Assembly: GCA_963713975.1 (NCBI GenBank)
Contig: OY970218.1
Coordinates: 2,880,001 to 2,944,000, forward strand
Direction: 5' to 3'
Origin: an uncultured Chloroflexia bacterium
GTDB lineage: Bacteria; Chloroflexota; Limnocylindria; Limnocylindrales; CSP1-4
DNA: 64,000 nucleotides
Positions 49,305 to 57,805 of this stretch are shown here, piece by piece. Numbering within the stretch: position 1 is the stretch's first letter; every line of letters starts with the position of its first letter. Made by a program: the position numbers and the translations under genes. Under the pieces are notes generated by a model that searched no databases, had not been told where the DNA came from, and saw only the letters and a program-made list of their open reading frames with translations.

Positions 49305-49773
49305 GGCGCGCCAGCTCCGGGCGCATCTCACGGCCCGCGTGAGCCCCGTGGAGCGCCGGGCGCTTGCCGCCTGGACCACGCCCGCCGAGCTCGCCCTGTT
49401 CGATGCCCAGCACGTCGCCGACCGCCGTCACGGCTTGGACGTCGTCGCGTACCTGCAGCGCGCCGGCGTGACCGACCGGGACGTGCTGGCGGCCGGCCTG
49501 CTCCACGACTGCGCCAAGGGCGACACGGGCGCCGGACCGCGCATCGCCTGGTCACTCGGAGAGCGGCTGGGGACATCGATCCTTGCGCCGGCCCGGCTCG
49601 TTCCCGGCTGGGCCGCCGCGCTCGAGCGGCTCCGGGACCACGCGGAGGCGTCTGCGGCCCTGCTGGCCGGGGCAGGCCTGCCGGATCGTGTCGTGGAGCT
49701 GGTGCGCCACCAGGCCGAACCTCGCGACCCCGAGTACGGGCGCGTGTTCCACGCGGCCGACGAGGCGTGCTGA
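49279..49773 (+). CDS. HD-domain protein
   Basis: DRRHGLDV, AGLLHDCAK, HAEASA, VRHQ, AADE; start uncertain (TTG 49279, overlapping the previous gene). Confidence 0.75.
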   Translation: MRSSWPAGKARQLRAHLTARVSPVERRALAAWTTPAELALFDAQHVADRRHGLDVVAYLQRAGVTDRDVLAAGLLHDCAKGDTGAGPRIAWSLGERLGTSILAPARLVPGWAAALERLRDHAEASAALLAGAGLPDRVVELVRHQAEPRDPEYGRVFHAADEAC

Positions 49774-49774
49774 C

Positions 49775-50644
49775 GTGACCTCCGCCGTGCCGCCCGCGGT
49801 CGTGTTCGGCGATGGCCGACGACCCGAGGCCGCCACCCATGTGACGATCCCGGTCTTCGACGGACCGCTGGCCCTGCTGCTCGCGCTGATCGAGGCACGC
49901 CAGCTGGACGTGCTCACGGTGCCCCTCGGCGCGCTGGCGGACGCCTATCTCGACGCCCTGGCATCGTTGGACGGCGACCGGATGGGCAACGTCTCGGCGT
50001 TCGTGGCCATCGCCAGCCAGCTCATCCTCATCAAGTCCCGGGCCATGCTGCCGCGCCACCGGGCCGATGGCGCCGTGCCGCTCGCTGACGAGGGGCCGGA
50101 CCCTGAGGCCGAGCTCCGTGCCCGCCTGATCCTGTATCGCGCCTTCAGGGACGCGGGGACACGACTCCTCGATGAGGCCCGCGAGAGGATGGGCCTGTGG
50201 CACCGGGAGCCGTCCGCGGCGCGCGCTGCCGGCATCGCGGGGGCCCGGCCACCGACGGCGGAACCGCTCCCGGCGGCTCTCCTGGTCGGTGCGCTCGAGA
50301 GCCTCGTCACCGTCGTCCCGCCCCCGCCGCCGCTCCCCGAGACGATCCGGCGCACGATCACGCTTGGCCAGCGGGCGGCCGTGATCCGCCGGGCCCTGGC
50401 GGGAGCCGACGTGGTGGTGCTCCAGGACCTGCTCAAGGGGGTCCGTGACCGGGTCGTGGTTGCGATCACCTTCCTGGCGCTGCTGGAGCTCATGAAGCGA
50501 CGTGAGATCGTCGTCCAGCAGGACGAGCCGTGGGGACCGATCATGGTCCGCCAGACCACGGTCGATGAGCGCACCGTCGCAGGGGTCACCATGACGATCG
50601 ACGAGGAGGCACCACTGGACGAGTCGCTGGAGTCCTTCTCATGA
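49775..50644 (+). CDS. scpA: segregation/condensation protein A
   Basis: FDGPLALLLALI, LILIKSRAMLP, TFLALLELMK...QDEPWGPI. Confidence 0.92.
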   Translation: MTSAVPPAVVFGDGRRPEAATHVTIPVFDGPLALLLALIEARQLDVLTVPLGALADAYLDALASLDGDRMGNVSAFVAIASQLILIKSRAMLPRHRADGAVPLADEGPDPEAELRARLILYRAFRDAGTRLLDEARERMGLWHREPSAARAAGIAGARPPTAEPLPAALLVGALESLVTVVPPPPPLPETIRRTITLGQRAAVIRRALAGADVVVLQDLLKGVRDRVVVAITFLALLELMKRREIVVQQDEPWGPIMVRQTTVDERTVAGVTMTIDEEAPLDESLESFS

Positions 50645-51360
50645 CGGAGAAGGAAGAGGACCAGGTACCGCAGGACGGAGCCGAGGAGGAGTCCGCTGCC
50701 TCGCCGCCCGACGACGCGGACCCCGTCGCGGGGGAGCTGAGCGAGGCCGGCCTCGAGGCCCTGCTGTTCGTGGCGGAGCGGCCCCTGGGGCGCGCCGAGA
50801 TTGCCCGCCTGGCGGGCGTCAGCCGGGACGTGGTGGACGAGCGCCTGGGCGACCTGGAGGTCACGCTCACGTCCCGTGGAGTGCGCCTGGTCGTGTCCGG
50901 CGACCGCGTGGAGCTCACCACGGCTCCAGAGGCGGGCGCGCTGATCGCCCGGTATGTCGGGGCCGATGCGGTCCGCCTGTCACCGGCGGCCCTCGAGACG
51001 CTCGCGATCATCGCCTACCGCCAGCCGATCACGAAGGCCGCGATCGAGCGGATCCGCGGCGTCGACTCAGACTACACGGTCCGGATCCTGCTCCACCGGC
51101 GCCTGGTCGCGGAGCAGGGGCGGTCCACGGCTCCGGGACGGCCCATCCTCTACGGGACCGGGTTCGAGTTCCTGGAGCGGTTCGGGCTCACCAGCCTGGA
51201 GGAGCTGCCCACGCTCGATCTCGATGTGGCCACGCGGCTGATCGACGGTACGGGCGAGACGGGCGCGACGGGCGACGAGGGGAGGGCGGCGGACCAGCCC
51301 ACCCCGGATTCCGTGGCGGCTCCGCCCGCGCCGGATCCCACGGCTCCCCGGGACGCCTGA
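50641..51360 (+). CDS. scpB: segregation/condensation protein B
   Basis: EALLFVA, LSPAALETLAIIAYRQPIT, IRGVDS, PGRPILYGT..FLERFGL. Confidence 0.94.
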   Translation: MTEKEEDQVPQDGAEEESAASPPDDADPVAGELSEAGLEALLFVAERPLGRAEIARLAGVSRDVVDERLGDLEVTLTSRGVRLVVSGDRVELTTAPEAGALIARYVGADAVRLSPAALETLAIIAYRQPITKAAIERIRGVDSDYTVRILLHRRLVAEQGRSTAPGRPILYGTGFEFLERFGLTSLEELPTLDLDVATRLIDGTGETGATGDEGRAADQPTPDSVAAPPAPDPTAPRDA

Positions 51361-51364
51361 TCCC

Positions 51365-52141
51365 ATGCCGTCCGAGCGCATCTCCAAGGTGCTGGCCGCG
51401 GCCGGTATCGCCTCGCGACGCGGTTCGGACGAGCTGGTCGCGGCGGGGCGCGTCACCGTGGACGGGCGCCCGGCCACCTTGGGCGAGCGGGTGGATCCCG
51501 AGGCCCAGCGAGTGGAGGTGGATGGCCGCCCGCTACGCACCGCGTCGAGCGCCCGGGTCTACCTTGCGCTCCACAAGCCCCCGGGCGTGGCGTCCACGGT
51601 GAAGGACCGCCACGCTCAGCGAACCGTCGTGGACCTCGTGCCGGCAGAGCTCGCCGCGGGTGCGCGCCTCTACCCCGTGGGGAGGCTGGACCAGGATTCG
51701 GAGGGCCTGATCCTGCTGACCAACGACGGTGACTGGGCCGAGCACGTGCTGCACCCCAGATACGGCGTGGAGAGGGAGTACGCCGTGGCCCTCGCCAGGC
51801 CCCTGGACCGCGGCCAGGCGGTGGCACTCGAGCGTGGCGTGGAGCTGGCCGAGGGCGTGGCCACCGTCTCGCTCCTGCGCGGCCAGACCCATACCGAGGA
51901 CCGGCGGCTCGCGGACATCCTGGAGCCGCCGCCGGAGGCACACCTGACGTGGGTTCGGGTAACCATCCACCAGGGCTGGAAGCGCCAGCTGCGCAGGATG
52001 TTCGGGGAGGTCGGAGCGCCCGTCCGGCGACTCGTCCGGGTTCGGATCGGCACCCTGCGCCTGGACACGATGACCACCGGGGACGTGCGACCGCTCTCGG
52101 CCACCGAGGTCCGCCGCCTGGCTCGGACCGGGCGCGACTGA
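51365..52141 (+). CDS. rluB: rRNA pseudouridine synthase (RluB/RsuA family)
   Basis: KVLAAAGIASRR (S4), HKPPGV, YPVGRLDQDSEGL, HPRYGVEREY, RQLRRMF. Confidence 0.85.
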   Translation: MPSERISKVLAAAGIASRRGSDELVAAGRVTVDGRPATLGERVDPEAQRVEVDGRPLRTASSARVYLALHKPPGVASTVKDRHAQRTVVDLVPAELAAGARLYPVGRLDQDSEGLILLTNDGDWAEHVLHPRYGVEREYAVALARPLDRGQAVALERGVELAEGVATVSLLRGQTHTEDRRLADILEPPPEAHLTWVRVTIHQGWKRQLRRMFGEVGAPVRRLVRVRIGTLRLDTMTTGDVRPLSATEVRRLARTGRD

Positions 52142-52152
52142 CCGCGGGCGGC

Positions 52153-52158
52153 TATCCT
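52153..52158 (+). promoter_or_regulatory. -10 element TATCCT, probable leaderless promoter of cmk
   Basis: TATCCT 7 nt before ATG 52166. Confidence 0.55.
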
Positions 52159-52165
52159 CGCCTCG

Positions 52166-52912
52166 ATGCCCGACCCCATCGCACCCGATGCCCCCGGCAC
52201 CCCCGGCACCACCGGCGCTCCGGTTCCGGTCCAGCGTGTTGTCGTGGCCCTCGATGGTCCGGCCTCGAGCGGTAAGAGCTCAGTGGGGGCTGCGGCGGCC
52301 GCGCGCCTCGGCCTGCGGTTCGTGGACACCGGCCTGGTCTACCGCGCGATGACCGCCATGGCGTTGCGCGAAGGCGTGGCCCTCGACGATGCCGCTGCGC
52401 TCGTCCCGCTCGCGGCTCGGGTGGCGCTCGGCGACGACGGCAGCGGAAGGCTGACGCGGGTGCTCCTCGACGGCGTGGATGCCACCGAGGCCATCCGGAG
52501 TGATGCAGTCGACGGTGCGGTCTCGGTGGTCTCACGGGTGCCCGAGGTCCGCGCCGCGCTCCTCGGACGCCAGAGGGCACTCGCGGCCGACGGGGGGATC
52601 GTGGTCGCAGGCCGCGACATCGGGACCGTGGTGCTGCCGGACGCGGACCTCAAGCTGTTCCTCGATGCCTCGGTAGAGGAGCGCGCGGCGCGCCGGATCG
52701 CCGAGCGGGGCCTGGATCCCACGGGGGCTGAGGCGGCCCTGGTGCGCGAGCAGTTGCGCGCCCGTGACACGCAGGATCGGACCCGCGCGGTCGCCCCGCT
52801 CGTGGCCGCGGGTGATGCGGTGCACATCCTGACCGACGGCACCGGCTTCGGGCAGGCGGTCGAGCTAGTCGTCGCGCAGATCCGCGCCGCCGAGGACAGG
52901 CTTTGGAGGTGA
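52166..52912 (+). CDS. cmk: cytidylate kinase
   Basis: ALDGPASSGKS, DTGLVYRA, GRDIGTVVLPDADLKLFLDAS, RDTQD..RAVAPL. Confidence 0.95.
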   Translation: MPDPIAPDAPGTPGTTGAPVPVQRVVVALDGPASSGKSSVGAAAAARLGLRFVDTGLVYRAMTAMALREGVALDDAAALVPLAARVALGDDGSGRLTRVLLDGVDATEAIRSDAVDGAVSVVSRVPEVRAALLGRQRALAADGGIVVAGRDIGTVVLPDADLKLFLDASVEERAARRIAERGLDPTGAEAALVREQLRARDTQDRTRAVAPLVAAGDAVHILTDGTGFGQAVELVVAQIRAAEDRLWR

Positions 52913-52916
52913 TCCG

Positions 52917-53660
52917 GTGAGCCGCACCTCTGTCCTCGAGGCCGCCGCCCGCCTGGACAACCAGCGGACCGTCATAACCCGCGGCGTCGCGGTTGTCGCG
53001 CGATTCCTGGGGCGCTGCTTCGCCCGGGTCCACGTGGAGGGCCTCGAGCACGTGCCCAGGACCGGGGCCGTGATCCTCGCCGTCAACCACATCTCGAACG
53101 CCGATCCGATCATGGCCGGGGCGTGGGTCAACGAGGCGATCGGGCCCCGCCGGATCCACTGGCTGGGCAAGAAGGAGCTGTTCGACTGGCCCGTCTTTGG
53201 CTGGATGGCGGCCCACGGTGGCGTCCACCCCGTCGACCGCGGGAGCGCGGACGTCGAGGCCTTCCGGCTGGCCACGAGGATCCTCGAGGCCGGCTACGTG
53301 CTGCTGGTCTTCCCTGAGGGCACCCGCAGTCCCACCGGGGAGCTCCAGGAGGCGAAGGACGGCCTGGCCATGCTGGCGATGCGCACGGGCGCCCAGATCG
53401 TCCCGATCGGCGTCAACAACAGCGATGCGGTCTGGAAGAAGGGCCAGAAGCTGCCTTCCCCGTTCCCGCGGCGGACCATCACGGTTCGCGTCGGCCAGCC
53501 CTTCCGCGCCGCGGACGTCGTGCCGCCCGACGCGGACCGGCGCGAGGCGAAGGCCATCGCGACGGCGGCCATCATGGGCCGGATCGCGGAGCTCCTCGAC
53601 CGGCGGCACCGTGGCGTCTACGCCGGATCCATCCGGCCGGACCGTTCGCCCGAACCCTGA
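52917..53660 (+). CDS. plsC: 1-acyl-sn-glycerol-3-phosphate acyltransferase
   Basis: NHISNAD (HX4D), KKELF, FPEGTRS, IVPIG. Confidence 0.9.
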   Translation: MSRTSVLEAAARLDNQRTVITRGVAVVARFLGRCFARVHVEGLEHVPRTGAVILAVNHISNADPIMAGAWVNEAIGPRRIHWLGKKELFDWPVFGWMAAHGGVHPVDRGSADVEAFRLATRILEAGYVLLVFPEGTRSPTGELQEAKDGLAMLAMRTGAQIVPIGVNNSDAVWKKGQKLPSPFPRRTITVRVGQPFRAADVVPPDADRREAKAIATAAIMGRIAELLDRRHRGVYAGSIRPDRSPEP

Positions 53661-53716
53661 TCGGGGGCACGCCGGCGACGGCGCGATCCCCGTACGTGTG
53701 CGAACATCCCACGGCT

Positions 53717-54688
53717 ATGGGTATAGTCCAGGAAGTCCGAATCGCCAATCGAACCGGCTTCTGCTACGGCGTCCGCGAGGCCATCGACAAGGCCAAGGAG
53801 TCGGCGGCGGAGGGCAAGTCGACCCATACCCTCGGCCAGGTCGTCCATAACGAGGGCGTCATCCGCGACCTCGCCGGGTTCGGCGTGCGAAGCGTGGACA
53901 CGCTCGACGACGTCGACCAGGGGGCTGCGGTCGTCATCCGCGCCCACGGGGCAACCCCGGAGGTCTTCGATCGCGCGGAGTCGCGCGGGCTCGACGTGAT
54001 CGACGGCACCTGCACCTGGGTGATCCAGGAGCAGCGTCAGCTCCAGGGGCTCGTGGACGAGGGGTACTCCATCGTCCTGCTGGGCACGCCAAGACATCCC
54101 GAGGTCGTCGGCCTTCTGGGCTTCGCCCCGGACGCCATCGTGGTCGACGAGGAGGAGGACTGGGTGCGGATCCCGCGCCGGAAGCGGATGGCCCTGATCA
54201 CCCAGTCGACGCAGCCCCCCTGGAAGTTCGAGAAGCTCGCCGCGTTCATGGTCGGGCGCGCTCACGAGCTCAAGATCGTGAACTCCGTGTGCCCGGTCAC
54301 CATCCGCCGCCAGGAGGACACGCTGGAGACTGCCCGAGGCGTCGACCTGATGGTCGTCGTCGGCGGACGGCACTCCGCGAACACCAAGGAGCTGACCCGG
54401 CTGTGCCACATCGCCGGCACGCCGGCCATCCAGGTCGAGAACGCTCGGGACATCGACGATCCGCAGGCGTTCGAGGGGGCACGGATCGTCGGCGTGACCG
54501 GCGGCACCTCCACGCCCGTCGAGGATCTCCGGGACGTGGCCGAGCGGATCTTCGCGATCGCCGGCTCAGACGAGCAGCGGGCCCGCGCTGCAGAGCTCGC
54601 GACCGAGGCGCTGCGGGCCGTCGCCACCCCGGCCGGTCGCACGACGTCGCTACCCAGGTCCAACGTGCCCGCCGGCACGGCGTCCTGA
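53717..54688 (+). CDS. ispH: 4-hydroxy-3-methylbut-2-enyl diphosphate reductase
   Basis: GFCYGVREA, VVHNE, IRAHG, DGTCTWV, HPEV, VCPVT..RQ, SANT, GVTGGTSTP. Confidence 0.94.
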   Translation: MGIVQEVRIANRTGFCYGVREAIDKAKESAAEGKSTHTLGQVVHNEGVIRDLAGFGVRSVDTLDDVDQGAAVVIRAHGATPEVFDRAESRGLDVIDGTCTWVIQEQRQLQGLVDEGYSIVLLGTPRHPEVVGLLGFAPDAIVVDEEEDWVRIPRRKRMALITQSTQPPWKFEKLAAFMVGRAHELKIVNSVCPVTIRRQEDTLETARGVDLMVVVGGRHSANTKELTRLCHIAGTPAIQVENARDIDDPQAFEGARIVGVTGGTSTPVEDLRDVAERIFAIAGSDEQRARAAELATEALRAVATPAGRTTSLPRSNVPAGTAS

Positions 54689-54690
54689 TC

Positions 54691-56295
54691 GTGTCATCCC
54701 GATCTGCCGGGCTCCCGGTCGTCGCGTTCGTCGGCCGGCCCAACGTGGGCAAGAGCACCCTGTTCAACAGGGTCGTGGGCGACGCGCGGGCGGCCATCGT
54801 GGAGGACCGCGCCCGGACCACCCGGGACCGGCTCTACGGCCACGCTGAGTGGAACGGCCGCCGCTTCGTCGTCGTGGACACCGGGGGTCTCGAGATCGCG
54901 CCCGGCGACCCGATCGAGGAGCAGGTCCAGGTCCAGGCGCGGCTGGCGATCAACGAGGCCGACGTGATCGTGTTCCTCGTGGACGCGATCACGGGTCCCA
55001 CTCCCGCGGACCTCGATGCCGCGGAGCTGCTGCGCCGGACGACGAAGCCCGTCCTGGTCGCCGCGAACAAGGCCGACAACGAGCGGCGCGAACTGGATGC
55101 GACCGAGTTCTTCGCCTTCGGCTGGGAGGACACCTTCGCCATCTCCGCCAGCCACGGCCGCGGCGTGGCGGACCTCCTGGACGCCGTCGTGTGGGCCCTG
55201 CCGCCCGAGAGCGAGCGCGAGATCGCCCGCAAGGCGCGCGAGGAGGAGGCCGAGGCATGGGCCAGGGAGATGGCCCGCGCCAAGCCGACTCCGTACGTCG
55301 TAGGCGATCCGGCCAACGCCCGCGATGACGAAGGCGACGATGTCGGGGACGGCGACGAGAGCGACGACGCCGGGGCCGCGGACGAGCCGGGCTCGATGGA
55401 GGATGTCTCGGCCCGCTGGGATGCGGCGATGGCCGCCGATGACGACGAGCCGCCCGCGATCGCCTTCGTCGGGCGACCCAACGTGGGCAAGTCCAGCCTG
55501 CTCAACGCGCTTATCGGTGACAACCGGATGATCGTGTCCGACATCCCCGGCACCACCCGGGACGCCATCGACACCACCATCCCGTGGGGGCGCAGCGAGA
55601 TCGTCCTCATCGATACGGCCGGCATCAAGCGGCGCGGCAAGGTCGCCTCGGGGCCGGCCGCCGAGAAGTACTCCACGATGCGCGCGCTCAAGGCGATCTC
55701 CCGCGCCGACGTCGCCGTCCTCCTCCTCGATGCCCACGACGGACTGACGGCCCAGGATGCCCACGTGGCCGGATACGTGATTGAGGAGGGCAAGGGCCTC
55801 ATCATCGCGGTCAACAAGTGGGACATCGTCGAGGACAAGACCCACAAGACGTTCGACGAGCTTTCGACGAAGCTGCGGCGCGAGCTCGCATTCATCGACT
55901 ACGCGCCGATCGTGTCCATCAGTGCCAAGACCGGGCAGCGGGTGGAGCGGGTCCTGGAGCTGGCCGTGGACGTGTGGGGGGAGCGCCGCCGCCGGGTCTC
56001 CACCGGTGAGCTCAACCGCCTCGTGGCGCAGGCGGTGGAGCGGACGCCGCCCGCGGTCGTCCACGGGCGCCGGGCGAAGATCCGGTACGCAACCCAGGCC
56101 GGGGTCGCGCCGCCCACGTTCGTGTTCTTCACGACGGACCCGGCCTCGATCCACTTCTCCTACCGCCGCTACCTCGAGAACCGGCTGCGCGAGGCCTATG
56201 GCTTCGATGGGACGCCGATCCGCCTCGTCTTCCGCGAGCAGATCCGGGTGAAGCTGCCGCGCGGCCGGAAGGGCTCGCACGGCAAGCGCGGCTGA
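54691..56295 (+). CDS. der: ribosome biogenesis GTPase Der (EngA)
   Basis: Two GRPNVGKS P-loops, TRDR/TTRD, DTGG/DTAG, NKAD/NKWD, KH-like tail YRRYLENRLRE. Confidence 0.96.
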   Translation: MSSRSAGLPVVAFVGRPNVGKSTLFNRVVGDARAAIVEDRARTTRDRLYGHAEWNGRRFVVVDTGGLEIAPGDPIEEQVQVQARLAINEADVIVFLVDAITGPTPADLDAAELLRRTTKPVLVAANKADNERRELDATEFFAFGWEDTFAISASHGRGVADLLDAVVWALPPESEREIARKAREEEAEAWAREMARAKPTPYVVGDPANARDDEGDDVGDGDESDDAGAADEPGSMEDVSARWDAAMAADDDEPPAIAFVGRPNVGKSSLLNALIGDNRMIVSDIPGTTRDAIDTTIPWGRSEIVLIDTAGIKRRGKVASGPAAEKYSTMRALKAISRADVAVLLLDAHDGLTAQDAHVAGYVIEEGKGLIIAVNKWDIVEDKTHKTFDELSTKLRRELAFIDYAPIVSISAKTGQRVERVLELAVDVWGERRRRVSTGELNRLVAQAVERTPPAVVHGRRAKIRYATQAGVAPPTFVFFTTDPASIHFSYRRYLENRLREAYGFDGTPIRLVFREQIRVKLPRGRKGSHGKRG

Positions 56296-56316
56296 GTCGG
56301 CGGCCGCGCGCGGTGG

Positions 56317-56322
56317 TAGACT
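56317..56322 (+). promoter_or_regulatory. -10 element TAGACT upstream of tRNA-Pro
   Basis: TGgTAGACT (extended -10) 9 nt before the tRNA 5' end. Confidence 0.6.
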
Positions 56323-56331
56323 CGTCCGCCT

Positions 56332-56408
56332 CGGGGCGTGGCGCAGCCTGGTAGCGCACCTGAATGGGGTTCAGGAGGTCGAGCGTTCGAATCGCTCCGC
56401 CCCGACCA
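56332..56408 (+). tRNA. tRNA-Pro(GGG)
   Basis: Acceptor CGGGGCG/CGCCCCG, D arm GCGC..GCGC, anticodon arm CCTGA-ATGGGGT-TCAGG, TTCGAAT loop, encoded CCA; 77 nt. Confidence 0.97.
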
Positions 56409-56426
56409 CTCACTCACACACGAAAC

Positions 56427-56460
56427 AGGCCCTCTGGCATCGCCGGAGGGCCTTTCGATT
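56427..56460 (+). terminator. intrinsic terminator after tRNA-Pro
   Basis: AGGCCCTCTGGC-atc-GCCGGAGGGCCT followed by TTCGATT. Confidence 0.8.
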
Positions 56461-56648
56461 GGCGCTTGCACCTCATCGGCGAAGGCTCAGCCTGGATCGT
56501 TCCGAGAGGCGAGGACCGGCGCGATCAAGCAGGGAGCGAAGGGTCGAGGGCGGGCTTCGCCACGTGCCTGCCATCGCATCGGGTCATGGGCACACGGGCG
56601 GTCGCAGTCGACAACAAGCGTGTGGACGTCCGGCCAGATAGTCGGGCG

Positions 56649-56915
56649 TCAGCCCCGGTGCCGTCGCCGTCGCCCTCGGAGGCCATCCGGTCGGGGCGGC
56701 ACCGGCACCGCGAGGTCGTCCGGGTGGGGCGTGCCCGCCTGGAGATGCGAGTTCATCGTCGCTGCCCGGCCGATGCCGCCGAACAGGCCGTCGAGTCGAC
56801 TGCGCCGCCCCGCCAGGTGCCGGTTGGCCAGCACGACCAACAGGATGGCCGGAGAGAGCGCAAGCGCGAGCACGACGATCAAGACGAGAACTGTCAGGAT
56901 CCCTTCGAACGTCAC
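56649..56915 (-). CDS. small single-TM hypothetical protein
   Basis: SD GGAG 6 nt before GTG 56915; GILTVLVLIVVLALALSPAILLVVLA hydrophobic stretch. Confidence 0.5.
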   Translation of the reverse strand: MTFEGILTVLVLIVVLALALSPAILLVVLANRHLAGRRSRLDGLFGGIGRAATMNSHLQAGTPHPDDLAVPVPPRPDGLRGRRRRHRG

Positions 56916-57206
56916 GTCCAACTCCGCGGTACGAGCTCGCTCGGCAACATGATCCGCCAACCTCGCGCCGCCCGCCCCTCGGGTCTCGGCCGGGCCGACG
57001 CTGCTTGCGTCCCAAGCTCCACCACGAGCGGCATTAGCGGTATCGAGCGCCGGGCGCTGGCGTTGTGGTCTCGTCCCGACCATCGCGCGCTTTCGGGGTG
57101 CAATGCAGTGCCGGCACGAAGCCGCTCGGCTGATCGCCGCCCACGACGGAGGTACGGGGACTGATCGCCTCGCCATCGTCGTATGCTTCGGACGGGAGGT
57201 AGGCAG

Positions 57207-57350
57207 TTGGATCCGATCGGGTTCGTCAGTGACGTGATCCAGAACATCATCTCGTTCTTCCAGGGCCTGGCTCCAGGCGGCTTTGGCCTGATCCTGCTCC
57301 CGTTGGGCATCCTGGCGCTGATCACGGTGCTCGTGGCCCGGAAGAGGTAG
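57207..57350 (+). CDS. 47-aa small membrane protein (not in ORF track)
   Basis: TATGCT, SD GGAGGT, TTG; MDPIGFVSDVIQNIISFFQGLAPGGFGLILLPLGILALITVLVARKR. Confidence 0.7.
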   Translation: MDPIGFVSDVIQNIISFFQGLAPGGFGLILLPLGILALITVLVARKR

Positions 57351-57353
57351 TCG

Positions 57354-57647
57354 ATGCAGCCGGTGATCATCGACGCCGAGACAGCTAGCCGCTACGAGGC
57401 CCGCCTCGACGGCGTTCTCGCCGGATTCCTGGACTATGTCGTGAAGCGGGGCCGGCTCGCCCTGGTCCACACCGAGGTGCTGCCCGGCAACGAGGGGCAG
57501 GGGATCGGCGCGAGGCTGGTGCAGCGCGGGCTCGACGACGCTCGCGCACGCGGCATGCTGGTCATCGCGTCCTGCCCCTACGCCCGAGCGTACGTCCAAC
57601 GCCATCCCGAGACGCATGACATGGTCGTGGGCATGACACCGGCCTGA
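57354..57647 (+). CDS. small GNAT acetyltransferase (YjdJ/Acetyltransf_CG-like)
   Basis: RYEA..DG..AG...Y, HTEV...EGQGIG..LV, IASCPYA...QRHPE. Confidence 0.88.
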   Translation: MQPVIIDAETASRYEARLDGVLAGFLDYVVKRGRLALVHTEVLPGNEGQGIGARLVQRGLDDARARGMLVIASCPYARAYVQRHPETHDMVVGMTPA

Positions 57648-57805
57648 TCCCACTACGCCGGGACGGCCGCCTTTCCCGTCCGGCGTCCGCCCCGCGAGAC
57701 GCTCACATCGCTGCATGCATGGACGGCTACGATCCGGCTACCGGCGCCCGGGACTTCTCCGTCGGCCAGGCGGCTCGCGCGCCACGCTCCAGGGGTTGAC
57801 GCACG

